From Hormoscilla sp. (GTDB lineage Bacteria > Cyanobacteriota > Cyanobacteriia > Cyanobacteriales > Desertifilaceae), in the NCBI GenBank assembly GCA_051439505.1, contig JBFRWI010000002.1, forward strand, positions 1 to 64,000: a stretch of DNA of 64,000 nucleotides. The letters run 5' to 3'. The position numbers and the translations under genes were made by a program. Shown here in pieces: positions 46,539 through 57,480 of this stretch (positions are counted from its first letter, which is position 1; each line of letters begins with the position of its first letter). The notes under the pieces are model-generated. The model saw only the letters and a list, made by a program, of their open reading frames with translations. It was not told the DNA's origin and did no database searches.

Positions 46539-48650
46539 ATGTACGCCTTAAAATACCCAGAATTTCACAACCCATTTTTAGAAAGCCTGGTGGCTCATAC
46601 ACCGGCAGTGCTTTATCAATATGTCCTCCATGCCAATGGCAGCGAGGAGTTTGTTTACATGAGCGACTATGTCCGCGAGATCTTTGAACTAGAACCAGCA
46701 GCAATTCAGCAGAATCAGGAGTTGATCTGGAAGCGAGTCCATCCCGATGACCGTCAGTCCTGCCGTGAAGCAATGACAGCGGTGGCCCTGGAGAGAGATC
46801 CATGCCATTGGGAAGGCAGGATCGTCACTCCTAAAGCTGGGCTCAAGTGGATTCAAATTACAGTTAAATCTCAACAGCAGCCAAACCGCGACATCATCTG
46901 CTATGGCTTGATTACCGATATCACCGATAGCAAACGGGCGGCGGCGGCAGAAATAGAGAGGGAACAACGGTTCCGGGCCATGTTTGAGCAAGCGGATGTC
47001 GGCATTGTCGAATGTACCCTGGACGGTCGCGTCCAACAAGTCAATCAAAAGTTTTGTGATATTGTGGGCTACAGCCAGTCGGAACTACTAGCCCTCTCCT
47101 ATACAGATATTACTCATGCGGATGACCGGGTAGCTGATGATGCCTATCTCAAACAACTGTTGGCAGGTGAAATTCAGACTTACTCGATTGAAAAACGCTA
47201 TCTTCGCAAAGGTGCTACCGCAGAAAAGGAATTTACTTGGGTGCATATGAGGGTGTCGCTGGTGCGTCGGCCCACGGGAGATCCCCAGTCTCTGCTGGCG
47301 GTAGTCACCGATATTAGCGATCGCAAAAAGGCCGCTAGAGCCCTGAAGGAGAGCGAACGACGCTTCCGGGCGATCTTTAACTCGGCTTTTGGGTTTATCA
47401 CGATCCTTTCGCCTCAGGGGAAAATTGAGCAGGCAAATCAGACCGTACTGGACTTCGCAGGCGTCCAACTAGCAGATGTGGTGAATTGTCCCCTCTGGGA
47501 GACTCCCTGGTTCAAGCTCAAACGTAAGACTTCCCGACAGCATCAAAATCGTTTGCAACAGGCAATTGCTACTGCTGTGGCTGGTGAATTTGTCCGCTAT
47601 GAAGCCGAGATTCTGGGGGCCGACGAAAAAATAGTCACCATCGATTTTTCCCTCAAGCCCGTGTTTGATTCTTGTGGGAAAGTGGTACTGCTGATCGCAG
47701 AAGGACGCGATGTTACCGAACGCAAACGGGCGGAAGAGGCCCGACGGCGATCGGGGGAACTCCTGAAAAAGAAAAATAAGCAGCTCAACCAGACTCTGGG
47801 TGACTTGAAACGCACCCATTCACAGCTAATTCAAGCCGAAAAAATGTCTTCCCTCGGTCAGATGGTTGCAGGTGTAGCCCACGAAATCAACAATCCTGTT
47901 AACTTTATTTACGGCAACCTTACCCATGCCGAAGATTATATCAGCGATCTGTTAGAAATAATGGGGATGTACGAGCGTCACTACCCCCAACCTCACCCAG
48001 AGATAGCTGCCGAAATCGAGGAAATGGAACTAGATTTCGTGACAGAAGACTTGCCCAATTTGCTGAATTCGATGAAAGTTGGTGCCGAACGGATTCGCGA
48101 GATTGTCAAATCCCTGCGGACTTTCTCTCGTCTGGATGAAGCGGAGGTGAAAAACATCGATCTGCACGAGGGAATAGATAGTACCTTGATGATTCTTCAG
48201 AACCGCTTGAAAGCTAAACCCTGTCATCCGACAATTGAGGTGGTCAAAAACTATGGCAATTTACCCCCAGTTGAATGTTATGCAGGACAACTAAATCAGG
48301 TGTTTATGAACATCCTCGCTAATGCCATTGATGCGATCGAAGAATGTAAGCATGGCGCGGCCTGCTCTCGGGACAATATCCGCAATCCCAAGATTACAAT
48401 TCGCACAGTCAAAGCGGGCGATCGGGTGGAGATTCGGATTGCTGACAATGGTCCTGGCATGCCTGAAAGCGTCAAGCAGCGACTCTTTGACCCCTTCTTT
48501 ACCACCAAACCGGTGGGTAAGGGTACTGGTTTGGGATTATCCATCAGCTACCAAATAGTTGTGGACAAGCACGGCGGTCAGATGCAATGCTTTTCTACAC
48601 CGGGACAAGGGACGGAGTTTGTCATCGATATTCCAATTAAACAGTCCTAA
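46539..48650 (+). CDS. Soluble multi-PAS sensor histidine kinase
   Basis: Three PAS/PAC units; EKMSSLGQMVAGVAHEINNP, NQVFMNILANA, FTTKPVGKGTGLGL. Confidence 0.95.
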   Translation: MYALKYPEFHNPFLESLVAHTPAVLYQYVLHANGSEEFVYMSDYVREIFELEPAAIQQNQELIWKRVHPDDRQSCREAMTAVALERDPCHWEGRIVTPKAGLKWIQITVKSQQQPNRDIICYGLITDITDSKRAAAAEIEREQRFRAMFEQADVGIVECTLDGRVQQVNQKFCDIVGYSQSELLALSYTDITHADDRVADDAYLKQLLAGEIQTYSIEKRYLRKGATAEKEFTWVHMRVSLVRRPTGDPQSLLAVVTDISDRKKAARALKESERRFRAIFNSAFGFITILSPQGKIEQANQTVLDFAGVQLADVVNCPLWETPWFKLKRKTSRQHQNRLQQAIATAVAGEFVRYEAEILGADEKIVTIDFSLKPVFDSCGKVVLLIAEGRDVTERKRAEEARRRSGELLKKKNKQLNQTLGDLKRTHSQLIQAEKMSSLGQMVAGVAHEINNPVNFIYGNLTHAEDYISDLLEIMGMYERHYPQPHPEIAAEIEEMELDFVTEDLPNLLNSMKVGAERIREIVKSLRTFSRLDEAEVKNIDLHEGIDSTLMILQNRLKAKPCHPTIEVVKNYGNLPPVECYAGQLNQVFMNILANAIDAIEECKHGAACSRDNIRNPKITIRTVKAGDRVEIRIADNGPGMPESVKQRLFDPFFTTKPVGKGTGLGLSISYQIVVDKHGGQMQCFSTPGQGTEFVIDIPIKQS

Positions 48651-48658
48651 TGTCGATC

Positions 48659-48742
48659 GTTCGTAGTAAGGACTTTAGTCCTTGCCGTTCGTAGTAAGGA
48701 CTTTAGTCCTTGCCGTTCGTAGTCAGGACTTTAGTCCTTGCC
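48659..48742. repeat. 28-bp tandem repeat GTTCGTAGTAAGGACTTTAGTCCTTGCC x3
   Basis: Head-to-tail, no spacers. Confidence 0.92.
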
Positions 48743-48939
48743 ATCATCAGCACTCCTCATACTTCTCGGTTAATAACTTGTCATTGCGAGGTCATTGCGA
48801 GGGGGGGACTATGGATCTGCCAGAAAAAATCTATTAGTATAGAAGGACCAAGGCCAAGAGCGCCTGATGGCCTGAGGCAGAGCCTCAGATGTTCCCTGGA
48901 GCGGCCCGGGAACGAATGACAGCCAAGCAGAGGTAGACT

Positions 48940-49330
48940 ATGAACAAAGTCCAGGCAAAATTACCAACTGATATCTGGATAGCAGCTAGCTGGGATGAAT
49001 ACATCCAAGTAATAGCTCCCGAGTCAAAAGCCAAAGGCTACTATTATGATGGGAAATTGCGGATAGAAATGTCACCTGTGGGCAACGACCACGCCAGCGA
49101 CCACACAATTATTATGTTTGCTGTTAATCTGTTTGCCAGCATTAAAGGCTTCGATATCAACGGAAAGGATAACTGCACCTACCGAAAAACTGGTATGCCA
49201 GAGGCTCAACCAGATGCCTTACTACATTGGAGAAAACGTTAATGCAATCCCTTGGGGAACTACCATCATCGACCTAGATATCTATCCACCGCCTAATCTA
49301 GTAATCGAAGTAGCTAACACATCTCTAGCT
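48940..49330 (+). pseudogene. Uma2-family endonuclease, frameshifted (~49220) and 3'-truncated by a repeat
   Basis: SWDEY..KGYYYDG..IEMSPVG.DH..QPD / YYIG...PPNLVIEVANTS, then the GAGGCAGAGCCTC repeat. Confidence 0.85.
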
Positions 49331-49425
49331 GGAGGCAGAGCCTCTGTTGTGCGTTCCCAGGCAGAGCCCGGGAACGAGTCTTGGCTAGCAATTAGCAATT
49401 AGCAAGCCCGCAATTCTCAATCATC

Positions 49426-51717
49426 CTAAGATGCGTAAGCTTCCTGGGTCTTTTGGCGATCGAGCTTCAAGATCAGCACGCCCAAGGGAGGCAAACACAA
49501 ATCCAAGGAATAAGCATAATTGTGGAACCACCATTCATCAGTCCACTTGCCACCCAAATTCCCCATATTGCTGCCACCGTACTTACCAGCATCGCTATTA
49601 AACAACTCCGTGTAGAATCCCGGTTCTGGTACTCCAATGCGATAATGAGAATGAGGCTGAGGCGTGAAGTTACAAATCGCTACGACAAAATCATTCGGAT
49701 CTTTGCCACGACGGATAAACGACACCACGCTATGGCGATTGTCGGTACAATCAATCCACGTAAACCCTTCTTCTTCAAAATCTCGGGTATAAAGAGCTGG
49801 TTGGCTGCGATAGAGTTGATTCAACTCACTTACAAACTGCTTCAGTTGCTGATGAGGCCCATACTGCAACAAATGCCACTCCAGATCCCCCCAGACATTC
49901 CACTCATTCCACTGACCAAACTCCATACTCATAAACAGAGTCTTTTTGCCTGGGTGGGCGAACATGTAAGCAAACAAGCAGCGCAGGTTAGCATATTTCT
50001 GCCACTCATCCCCCGGCATCTTTCCGATCATGGGGCTTTTGCCATGGACTATCTCATCGTGAGATAGGGCTAGCATGTAGTTCTCCGAGTGGTGATACCA
50101 CATGCTGAAAGTCACGTTATTCTGGTGGAACTGGCGGAACCAAGGATCCATGCTGAAGTAGTCCAGCATATCGTGCATCCAGCCCATATTCCATTTCATG
50201 TTAAAGCCCAAACCCCCTACATAGGTAGGCCAGGATACCATCGCCCAGTCTGTGGACTCCTCCGCGATCGACATGGTACCGGGGAAATAGCTAAATAATA
50301 GATGATTCACCTGACGCAGGAAATCAGCAGCTTCAATATTTTCCCGGCCTCCGTACTGATTTGCTACCCATTCTCCATCCTCGCGGGCGTAGTCCAGGTA
50401 CAGCATGGAGGCCACCGCATCCACCCGAATGCCATCGATATGGTACTTGTCGAACCAGAACAGCACGTTGGCCACCAAGAAATTCCGTACCTCATTGCGG
50501 GAATAGTTGAACACCAGGGTGCCCCATTCCTTATGTTCCCCTTTGCGGGGGTCCGCGTGTTCGTAAAGATGGCTGCCATCAAAAAAGGCCAAACCGTGAC
50601 CGTCCTTGGGGAAGTGGGCCGGAACCCAGTCCACAATCACCCCAATGCCATTTTGGTGACATTGGTCCACAAAATACATGAAATCTTGCGGAGTTCCATA
50701 GCGGGAAGTAGATGCATAGTACCCCGTCACCTGATAACCCCAGCTACCATCAAAGGGATGTTCTGCTATAGGCATCAACTCAATATGAGTAAATCCCAGT
50801 TCCTTGACATAGGGAATTAGCTTGGCCGCCAGTTCCCGGTATGTGAGGAAACGCGCATAGGGTTTATAATCCGAGACTACTACTACAGGCTCTGTCGTAC
50901 CATCAGCCAATTGGGCAGGTTGTTCGGCATCGGCATGCATCCAGGAACCCAAATGCACCTCATAGACTGCGATCGGCTCTTTCAGGACATCAGTGTGGCG
51001 ACGGCGTTCCATCCAGTCATCGTCATGCCAGCTATAGGAATCTAAGTTGGTGACAATGGAAGCGGTTTTGGGTCGGACTTCCTGCTGAAACCCGTAGGGG
51101 TCGGACTTCTCGTAAATATGCCCCTCGTAGTTTTTCACTTCGTATTTATAATGTTCGCCCACACCCACGTCGGGAATAAACAACTCCCAGACACCGTTAC
51201 CTGTTTTCCGCATCTGATGCTTGCGACCGTCCCAGTTGTTAAAATCCCCCAGCAGTGAGACATTGCGGGCATTGGGTGCCCAAAGGGCAAAGTAAACCCC
51301 TTTAACACCGTTGACTTCCGTGGGGTGGGCACCTAGTTTCTCATAGATGCGGTGATGGTTGCCTTCGGCAAACAGGTGAATGTCAAGGTCTGTCAGCTTG
51401 GGAGAACGAAAGGCGTAGGGATCGTAGATCACCCGTTCGTGTTCTCCTTCTTTAATCTTTAACTGATAGTTGGCCAGTTCCTGCTTCTCGATCGTGCATT
51501 CAAAGAAGTGGGGATTATGTACCGACTGCATCTGGTGTTCGCTGCGATCGTCCGGGCAGAGTACCCACACGGCCTCTGCAGTCGGTTGATAGGCTCGCAC
51601 TACCCAACTTGTTTTACCATTATCTTCTATCTGATGGGGCCCTAGTACCTCAAAGGGGTCGTGATGCTGATTCCAGACAATCCGGTCTATTTGATCGGGG
51701 GCGATGGTCGTTGACAT
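49426..51717 (-). CDS. glgB: 1,4-alpha-glucan branching enzyme
   Basis: [47 protein letters not shown]. Confidence 0.98.
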   Translation of the reverse strand: MSTTIAPDQIDRIVWNQHHDPFEVLGPHQIEDNGKTSWVVRAYQPTAEAVWVLCPDDRSEHQMQSVHNPHFFECTIEKQELANYQLKIKEGEHERVIYDPYAFRSPKLTDLDIHLFAEGNHHRIYEKLGAHPTEVNGVKGVYFALWAPNARNVSLLGDFNNWDGRKHQMRKTGNGVWELFIPDVGVGEHYKYEVKNYEGHIYEKSDPYGFQQEVRPKTASIVTNLDSYSWHDDDWMERRRHTDVLKEPIAVYEVHLGSWMHADAEQPAQLADGTTEPVVVVSDYKPYARFLTYRELAAKLIPYVKELGFTHIELMPIAEHPFDGSWGYQVTGYYASTSRYGTPQDFMYFVDQCHQNGIGVIVDWVPAHFPKDGHGLAFFDGSHLYEHADPRKGEHKEWGTLVFNYSRNEVRNFLVANVLFWFDKYHIDGIRVDAVASMLYLDYAREDGEWVANQYGGRENIEAADFLRQVNHLLFSYFPGTMSIAEESTDWAMVSWPTYVGGLGFNMKWNMGWMHDMLDYFSMDPWFRQFHQNNVTFSMWYHHSENYMLALSHDEIVHGKSPMIGKMPGDEWQKYANLRCLFAYMFAHPGKKTLFMSMEFGQWNEWNVWGDLEWHLLQYGPHQQLKQFVSELNQLYRSQPALYTRDFEEEGFTWIDCTDNRHSVVSFIRRGKDPNDFVVAICNFTPQPHSHYRIGVPEPGFYTELFNSDAGKYGGSNMGNLGGKWTDEWWFHNYAYSLDLCLPPLGVLILKLDRQKTQEAYAS

Positions 51718-51880
51718 GAGGCTATCCTACCTATCTCCATTAAGTTACTGAACAAGTTACAAAAATATCCACGCCCAGGAACCTGGCTGTGGTTTGATTT
51801 ATGTTTCTTTATTTTAGAGGATGAATTTTAACATTCTCGGGCAATCAATAGGCCATCTCAGCCCAGACAGGCGATCGGCC

Positions 51881-52168
51881 TTAGAAGGGTATGATAGTAC
51901 GAACGGCGCGACGTATGCGCAGGAGGAAAATCAGTTCGGAGATTTGGGGGTCGATCCTTGTGGATGGTCTCGACTGTAGCTTCCCTTGCAAGAGGGCGTA
52001 CTCGGCGGCGGTCAGGGGTTTACCGTCAACTGGCGATCGGGCTTCGGTAAGGATCTCGGTGCGCAAGATTTCTTCGGGGACATCGGACGGCGGCGGTAAG
52101 GCCCTAGCGGGGGAAAGGGTTCCCAGATAGATAGCCGAAAGTAGGGCCACTCTTGTATATCTATACAT
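51881..52168 (-). CDS. Conserved cyanobacterial exported small protein
   Basis: ALPPPSDVPEEILRTEILTEARSPVDGKPLTAAEY. Confidence 0.8.
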   Translation of the reverse strand: MYRYTRVALLSAIYLGTLSPARALPPPSDVPEEILRTEILTEARSPVDGKPLTAAEYALLQGKLQSRPSTRIDPQISELIFLLRIRRAVRTIIPF

Positions 52169-52171
52169 TGA

Positions 52172-52849
52172 TTATCCTTCAGCGAGTCCAGGGGGTAAGG
52201 GTTCGCGGCAAGTTTTGTGTACCTCGGTAATGCGTGAGAATAGCCAGGGATAGGACTGACGGTAGTCCGGGATCAGGGCTAGGGGACTCAGCAGGGCCGC
52301 AGCGGCCAGATCGGCTACGCTCAGATTTGAGCCTACCAGATAGGGGCTGTCTTGCCATCGGGATTTTAGCACATCCATTGCTAAATTGAGGCGCGATCGG
52401 GCTAATTCTACTGCTGCGGGTGTAATGGAGTATTGACGAATCACTACTTGTATGACCAGTTGACTGAACCAAGAGGGGTCGATATTCTTTCCGGCACCGG
52501 CGCGGAAGTGATAGTAAACAAAACGAGTAGCAGTACCGATGCTTTCATCTAACCAGTCTTCCAGCATCTGGGCTTCCTGTTGCTGTTGCGGATCCGGTAA
52601 TGTCAGGGGCGGATCGGGGCTGTAGCTTTCCAGATATTGCCATATTCGGGTGGAGTCGGCGATCGCCTGTGGTTGACCCTCTAGTTGGGGCAATAGCACT
52701 GGCATCGTCGTCAGTCCGGTGAGGGGTTTTAGTTTGAGGACATGGAGACCAGGAGTGAGGTTTTCTACCTGGTAAGAAATTTGCTTGTAGCCTAGGGCTA
52801 GTCTGGCTTTGCGACAATAGTGCGATGTACTAAATTGCAGTAGTAGCAT
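52172..52849 (-). CDS. Glutathione S-transferase family protein
   Basis: QFSTSHYCRKAR, ADSTRI, YLVGSNLSVADL. Confidence 0.9.
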   Translation of the reverse strand: MLLLQFSTSHYCRKARLALGYKQISYQVENLTPGLHVLKLKPLTGLTTMPVLLPQLEGQPQAIADSTRIWQYLESYSPDPPLTLPDPQQQQEAQMLEDWLDESIGTATRFVYYHFRAGAGKNIDPSWFSQLVIQVVIRQYSITPAAVELARSRLNLAMDVLKSRWQDSPYLVGSNLSVADLAAAALLSPLALIPDYRQSYPWLFSRITEVHKTCREPLPPGLAEG

Positions 52850-53106
52850 GGTTAATGGCCTCTTGGAAATGGCAAATAGTTAATTGTAAATTGTTTCTCG
52901 CAACAATATCTAGCTGAAAAATATCCTGGCAAAATTTTTATTAAATCTTGACATTTGGCTGGCATTTCACAATCAAAAACGGAGCAATTGTTAATTGAAA
53001 ATTGCTCCACTTTACCTTCGCTCTAGTGCTACGCTACCGCAGGCAATTAGCCCGCAAGGGCAATTTTCCATTGGCAATCGCAAATGTGAGATGATACCTT
53101 ACACAG

Positions 53107-55707
53107 TTACTTAGGACGTACAGGTTCGCGGTCCTTGTCTTTACAGAGGGAAGAATTTAGTGCCCCTTTCGGATAGGCAATCCGTTTGTGATTGAACTGT
53201 TCCCAGACTCGCACGAAAACATCCGCAACGATCGGCATTTCCTCTCGCGTTAACCCAGAATCTACCAATTGATTGTCTTGCCAACGGGCTTTGAGGATTT
53301 TATTCACCATTCCTAGGGCTTCCTGATAGGTAGCATCCTTGAGCGATCGCAGGGCGGCCTCACAGGAATCAGCCAGCATCAAAATCCCCGTTTCGCGGGA
53401 CTGAGGAATCGGACCATCGTAGCGGAAATCCGACTCCCGCACCACTATATTCGGATCTTTTTCCGCCATCTGCTTCGCCTGATAATAGAAATAGGCAATC
53501 AGCATTGTTCCTTGATGTTCTGGAATAAACGCCTCAACGGACTTAGGCAACCGATACTTGCGAGCCATTACCAGTCCTTCACTGACATGCTTTTTGATAA
53601 TCTCCGCACTCTTCCAGGGATCTTTAATTTCATCATGCTTATTGGGACCCCCCATTTGATTTTCAATGAACCCCAACGGGTCGTGCATCTTGCCGATATC
53701 ATGATACAGGGTTCCCGCCCGCACCAATTCAACATTGCCACCCAGAACTCGGGTAGCTGCTTCCGCTAGCGTTGCCACAAACAGCGTATGTTGAAATGTT
53801 CCTGGGGCTTCCGAGTTCAGGCGCTGCAACAAGGGGCGATTTGGGTTAGCTAACTCTGCCAAACGCACCGGGGTAACTAGATCGAACACGTGTTCCAAAT
53901 AGGGGCTCAAACCCAATGCTACAATGCTGCAAGCTAAACCTCCCAGACTGCGAAGCCCAGCAGCAACTAGCAAGGGCGGCCAGACCACAGGAGCAGCGGC
54001 AAGGATAATTAAGGTAACGGTCAGATAGACCACTCCTTGAGTCAATCCTACCGCTACCCCTAACAGGGCAAATTCCTCGCGCGATCGCATTCTTTCTGCC
54101 ATCAAACCGCCCAGAATACCCCCCACGACACTTGCTAGCCAATCACTGAGGCTAATTATTTCCGGGCCGATCGGCATTCCTATGGGCAACAGCAAACCCA
54201 GTAAACTGACTACTGTCACTCCCAAGGCCGAACCATAAAAACTACCCATCAACAGCCCTGTTATTGGCAAGCTAGCAGCATCCAAATTTAAGACTACTAG
54301 CAATGGCGCACTCAGACTCAGCAGCAACACTAATATCATGTCTCGCTGGCGCATTCTCGGGTGAAATTTTCGTTGCACCACCCAAAACACCCCGATCGCC
54401 CCGCTGACCAACATCCCAAACCCCAGCAACCCTTTCCAGTTTACTTGCCGCTGAGAAAGGCCAAAATAATCTATGACCACAAATTCCTCTCTGGTAATGC
54501 GATCGCCCGCCTCCACGATCGCCTCATCTTTTTGGACTGATATCACCACTGCTTCCACAGATAAAGCCGCTTGTTCTGCTTGTAACCTGGTTTTTTCTGC
54601 ATCTTCGATCAGATTTGCTTTAACCACCTGTTCTAGCAGTTCCCTCGCCCAAGAAGCTGTGGACTCTGGCACTGAGTCCTGCAGCTGTAAGGCGATCGCT
54701 TCGGCGAGGAGATTATCGGGCAATCCTTTGGGGATCCCTTGGGCCATCATTCTCCTGGTGCTTTCCTGGATGCCTTTAACTGTTTCGTTCCAAGTTGCAT
54801 CGGACAGTTCCAGTAGTTCCTCGTCATATATTGTTTCTGGATCTTTGCTCCTCTGCGTTTTAATGGAGTTTAATGACAGAGCGTAACTCTGACGCACTTG
54901 GGCTATCCGATCGAGCAATGCTTGGAACTTTTCCGACTTTTCCGACTCAAGAAGCGACTCCTTGAGCGATCGCAGTTCAAATATCGCTTGTTCTTGTTCT
55001 GTGCGGGATATTTTATCCTCTGGCGCTGCTTGGCTATTATTAGCCCCCTCCCCACCGGACAATGGAGCCGACTCTTGCTCCCTTTTGGTGGAAATAGCGT
55101 TCCCGGGAGATCCGGTCTCTGGGGATTCCTCTGTCGGGGCTTTATTTACCCCCAGCAGTACCATACGCCACTCCCACTCCTGGGCTTGACGAAGGTACTG
55201 TTGGGTCTCTAGCGAGAGCAACTTTGGTTCCACGAATGGAAATCCACCCGCCTGCTGCCGCAATTCATTTCCCCGGTCCAGAATTTCCTCTATCTTCTGG
55301 TAAACCTGTTTATTTACCACTTCATCGATCATCAAGACCGGGATTGCACCCGTGCGTTCTCGCTGGCGCTTTGCTTCCGTCGCTTGGCTATCAGGTATCT
55401 CCGCCTTCTGGGGAGCCAATATCGTCTCTGGGGCGATCGTTCCCGACGATATTTTCGGCGCGTTGTATAAGCGGTAGCCTATTGTACTCGTCAGCGACAC
55501 CACTGCTACCACCAATACCGCCCCTGGATGGGCTTGTTTTTTGCCGCTACCCCTGGTTAGTTTTGGCTTTCCTCCTGCATTTAATCCCGTCTGACTATAG
55601 TTACTGGACAGCTTCTTTTGTACTGGTTGGCGCGATCTCGGGGCTTCCGTGAAGTGGACTCGCCACCACCGATCTACCTGGCCTGTCAAATACTGAATTG
55701 TTTTCAT
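53107..55707 (-). CDS. 7TM-HD phosphohydrolase (PgpH-like)
   Basis: Extracellular domain, 7 TM helices, EAPGTFQHT, YHDIGK, IPEHQGT, MLADSCEAA. Confidence 0.92.
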   Translation of the reverse strand: MKTIQYLTGQVDRWWRVHFTEAPRSRQPVQKKLSSNYSQTGLNAGGKPKLTRGSGKKQAHPGAVLVVAVVSLTSTIGYRLYNAPKISSGTIAPETILAPQKAEIPDSQATEAKRQRERTGAIPVLMIDEVVNKQVYQKIEEILDRGNELRQQAGGFPFVEPKLLSLETQQYLRQAQEWEWRMVLLGVNKAPTEESPETGSPGNAISTKREQESAPLSGGEGANNSQAAPEDKISRTEQEQAIFELRSLKESLLESEKSEKFQALLDRIAQVRQSYALSLNSIKTQRSKDPETIYDEELLELSDATWNETVKGIQESTRRMMAQGIPKGLPDNLLAEAIALQLQDSVPESTASWARELLEQVVKANLIEDAEKTRLQAEQAALSVEAVVISVQKDEAIVEAGDRITREEFVVIDYFGLSQRQVNWKGLLGFGMLVSGAIGVFWVVQRKFHPRMRQRDMILVLLLSLSAPLLVVLNLDAASLPITGLLMGSFYGSALGVTVVSLLGLLLPIGMPIGPEIISLSDWLASVVGGILGGLMAERMRSREEFALLGVAVGLTQGVVYLTVTLIILAAAPVVWPPLLVAAGLRSLGGLACSIVALGLSPYLEHVFDLVTPVRLAELANPNRPLLQRLNSEAPGTFQHTLFVATLAEAATRVLGGNVELVRAGTLYHDIGKMHDPLGFIENQMGGPNKHDEIKDPWKSAEIIKKHVSEGLVMARKYRLPKSVEAFIPEHQGTMLIAYFYYQAKQMAEKDPNIVVRESDFRYDGPIPQSRETGILMLADSCEAALRSLKDATYQEALGMVNKILKARWQDNQLVDSGLTREEMPIVADVFVRVWEQFNHKRIAYPKGALNSSLCKDKDREPVRPK

Positions 55708-56222
55708 TTTAGCACCCACTTAACAGCCGCAACCTTCAATTAATGCCTTTTACCATCAAACCTTCCTGACTACACCTCCGGGATATCTTTGGATCGCGCA
55801 CGATTTAGCTAGTCGTGATTTTGGTAGCCGCCGCGCCCGAGTCAATACTGCCACCCTTCGGCTTCGCTCAGGGACCATGCGATCGGCTTTTTCTAATAGT
55901 ATCAGACTCTGTGCCGAGGGAGCCAGAACTGAGTCTTGAGTATCTAAATATCATTATCCAATCCTCCTTTTGCTTAATGATAACTCATACTGGCTTTGTC
56001 AATTTCCTGGGTTTACTCCTCATCTATTATGAACGCCTCTCCTGCTTTGATGGCAGCGAGGTCGATCATTTGCTCTAACATAGCATACTTGAGAGCCTAT
56101 TTTATTGGGGGTTATAAGCTTTTGCCCTATTAAATTGCTACGACGAACGCACCAAACCCTTGCGATCGATAGCTTCGGGAATTTTTAATATTTAATAAGA
56201 TAATTTACCAATTGCTTACTAC

Positions 56223-57134
56223 TTATGTGGTCCTCGCTGGTTGGATCCTCGGTACAGCAACAGCATTTCCCAGAGGGGATTTAGCGATCTGGGTGGGCCA
56301 ATAGACACCAGACCAAGCGGCGAATAAGTTACTAGCGAGTTGGACAATTTCCGCTCCTGAGGTGACGCCCCAGCAAGGAAGAAGGATTTTATCGCTCATC
56401 TGTGCCATCGCCATCCGCCATGAGACTGGGATACCTACAATACTATTATATGCTCCTGACATTGCTCCAGTCAGAGCTGCGACCAGTTGTGGCTGGGCCC
56501 TAGCAATTCTCAAGGCCCGCATAACAGAGAGACGAAAATCTTCTGGAGTGGTCGCAAAGCAGTATAATGCTTTGGCGATACTATTTGAGAGCACGGAACT
56601 GGCGGTTTCTAGACTAGCCCCCACTAAGAGTAAGGTTTGCACTTGCTCTAGCTCAGAGGTAAGTTCCCCGTCTGACTGGATATAGTTAATGATTTGAGGA
56701 ATGATGCTTCGGTGGTCGAATTTTTCTAGAGCTATTTGCAATAAGCAGTAGCCAATTGCTAGAGTAGCATCTTTTGTCTCCCCGACAGAACCAGATAATT
56801 GGCCAGCGGCAAGTTGATTGAGCTTCCGGCGCAGCTTTTCGGCATCTTCGTGAAAAAATAGGGCGTAGGGGAGGGTGGTGGCCGTAGCTTCGTTACCTAC
56901 TGGCATGTTTCCCTCTAGGGGACCGCCTGCAATCAAGCTTTTGCACCCACGCACGGCGTAGCTTCCCCATCCAGGTAAGAACCGTGAGAGTTGGCCGATA
57001 TCTAAATCCCACCAGTTGGCGGGTGGTGACCCCAACTGGTGCCAAGACCGGCTAGTGATGGAGATGCCTAACATTTCTCCGACAGCTGCCCCGAGGAAGG
57101 CTCCTTGAAATCGACTCTCAATGGTATAGCGCAT
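56223..57134 (-). CDS. ADP-ribosylglycohydrolase-like protein (degenerate)
   Basis: RFQGAFLGAAVGEMLG, ALTGAMSGAYNSIVGIP.SW. Confidence 0.75.
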   Translation of the reverse strand: MRYTIESRFQGAFLGAAVGEMLGISITSRSWHQLGSPPANWWDLDIGQLSRFLPGWGSYAVRGCKSLIAGGPLEGNMPVGNEATATTLPYALFFHEDAEKLRRKLNQLAAGQLSGSVGETKDATLAIGYCLLQIALEKFDHRSIIPQIINYIQSDGELTSELEQVQTLLLVGASLETASSVLSNSIAKALYCFATTPEDFRLSVMRALRIARAQPQLVAALTGAMSGAYNSIVGIPVSWRMAMAQMSDKILLPCWGVTSGAEIVQLASNLFAAWSGVYWPTQIAKSPLGNAVAVPRIQPARTT

Positions 57135-57242
57135 GATGATTGATTTATCAATTAAGTAGTCGTGCAAAAGTATTTTAGTATTTGTTTTTTTAGTCAACAA
57201 GCGCATAACCCTTGCACTGTAATAATTTGAAGCTCTCTGGCT

Positions 57243-57284
57243 CGAACTACGAACTACGAACTACGAACTACGAACTACGAACTA
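57243..57284. repeat. Heptamer repeat (CGAACTA) x6
   Basis: Direct reading. Confidence 0.92.
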
Positions 57285-57480
57285 TTTATTGGTGAGGTGT
57301 TCGGTAGCTGGACTGTCAAGAGGACGCGCTCCGGGTGGCCCTGGCTCCTTACTGTCTATCCTACATCCACTGGGAACGACCCTGGCCTGTAGACCGGTAG
57401 CGGTGCTAGTGTCAGGAGTCTGAGACGGAAGAACGGTGAACTTGCTATGCTGGAAGATGATATCCATCTGTATTGCCAGG

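Noticed and set aside
48659..48742. Three 28-bp partly palindromic repeats, considered as a mini-CRISPR
   Set aside because: Head-to-tail with no spacers, and the same motif is dispersed at 23872 and 25670
49453..50820. Long antisense ORFs inside glgB (and similar ones inside other genes)
   Set aside because: Shadow frames of well-supported genes on the opposite strand
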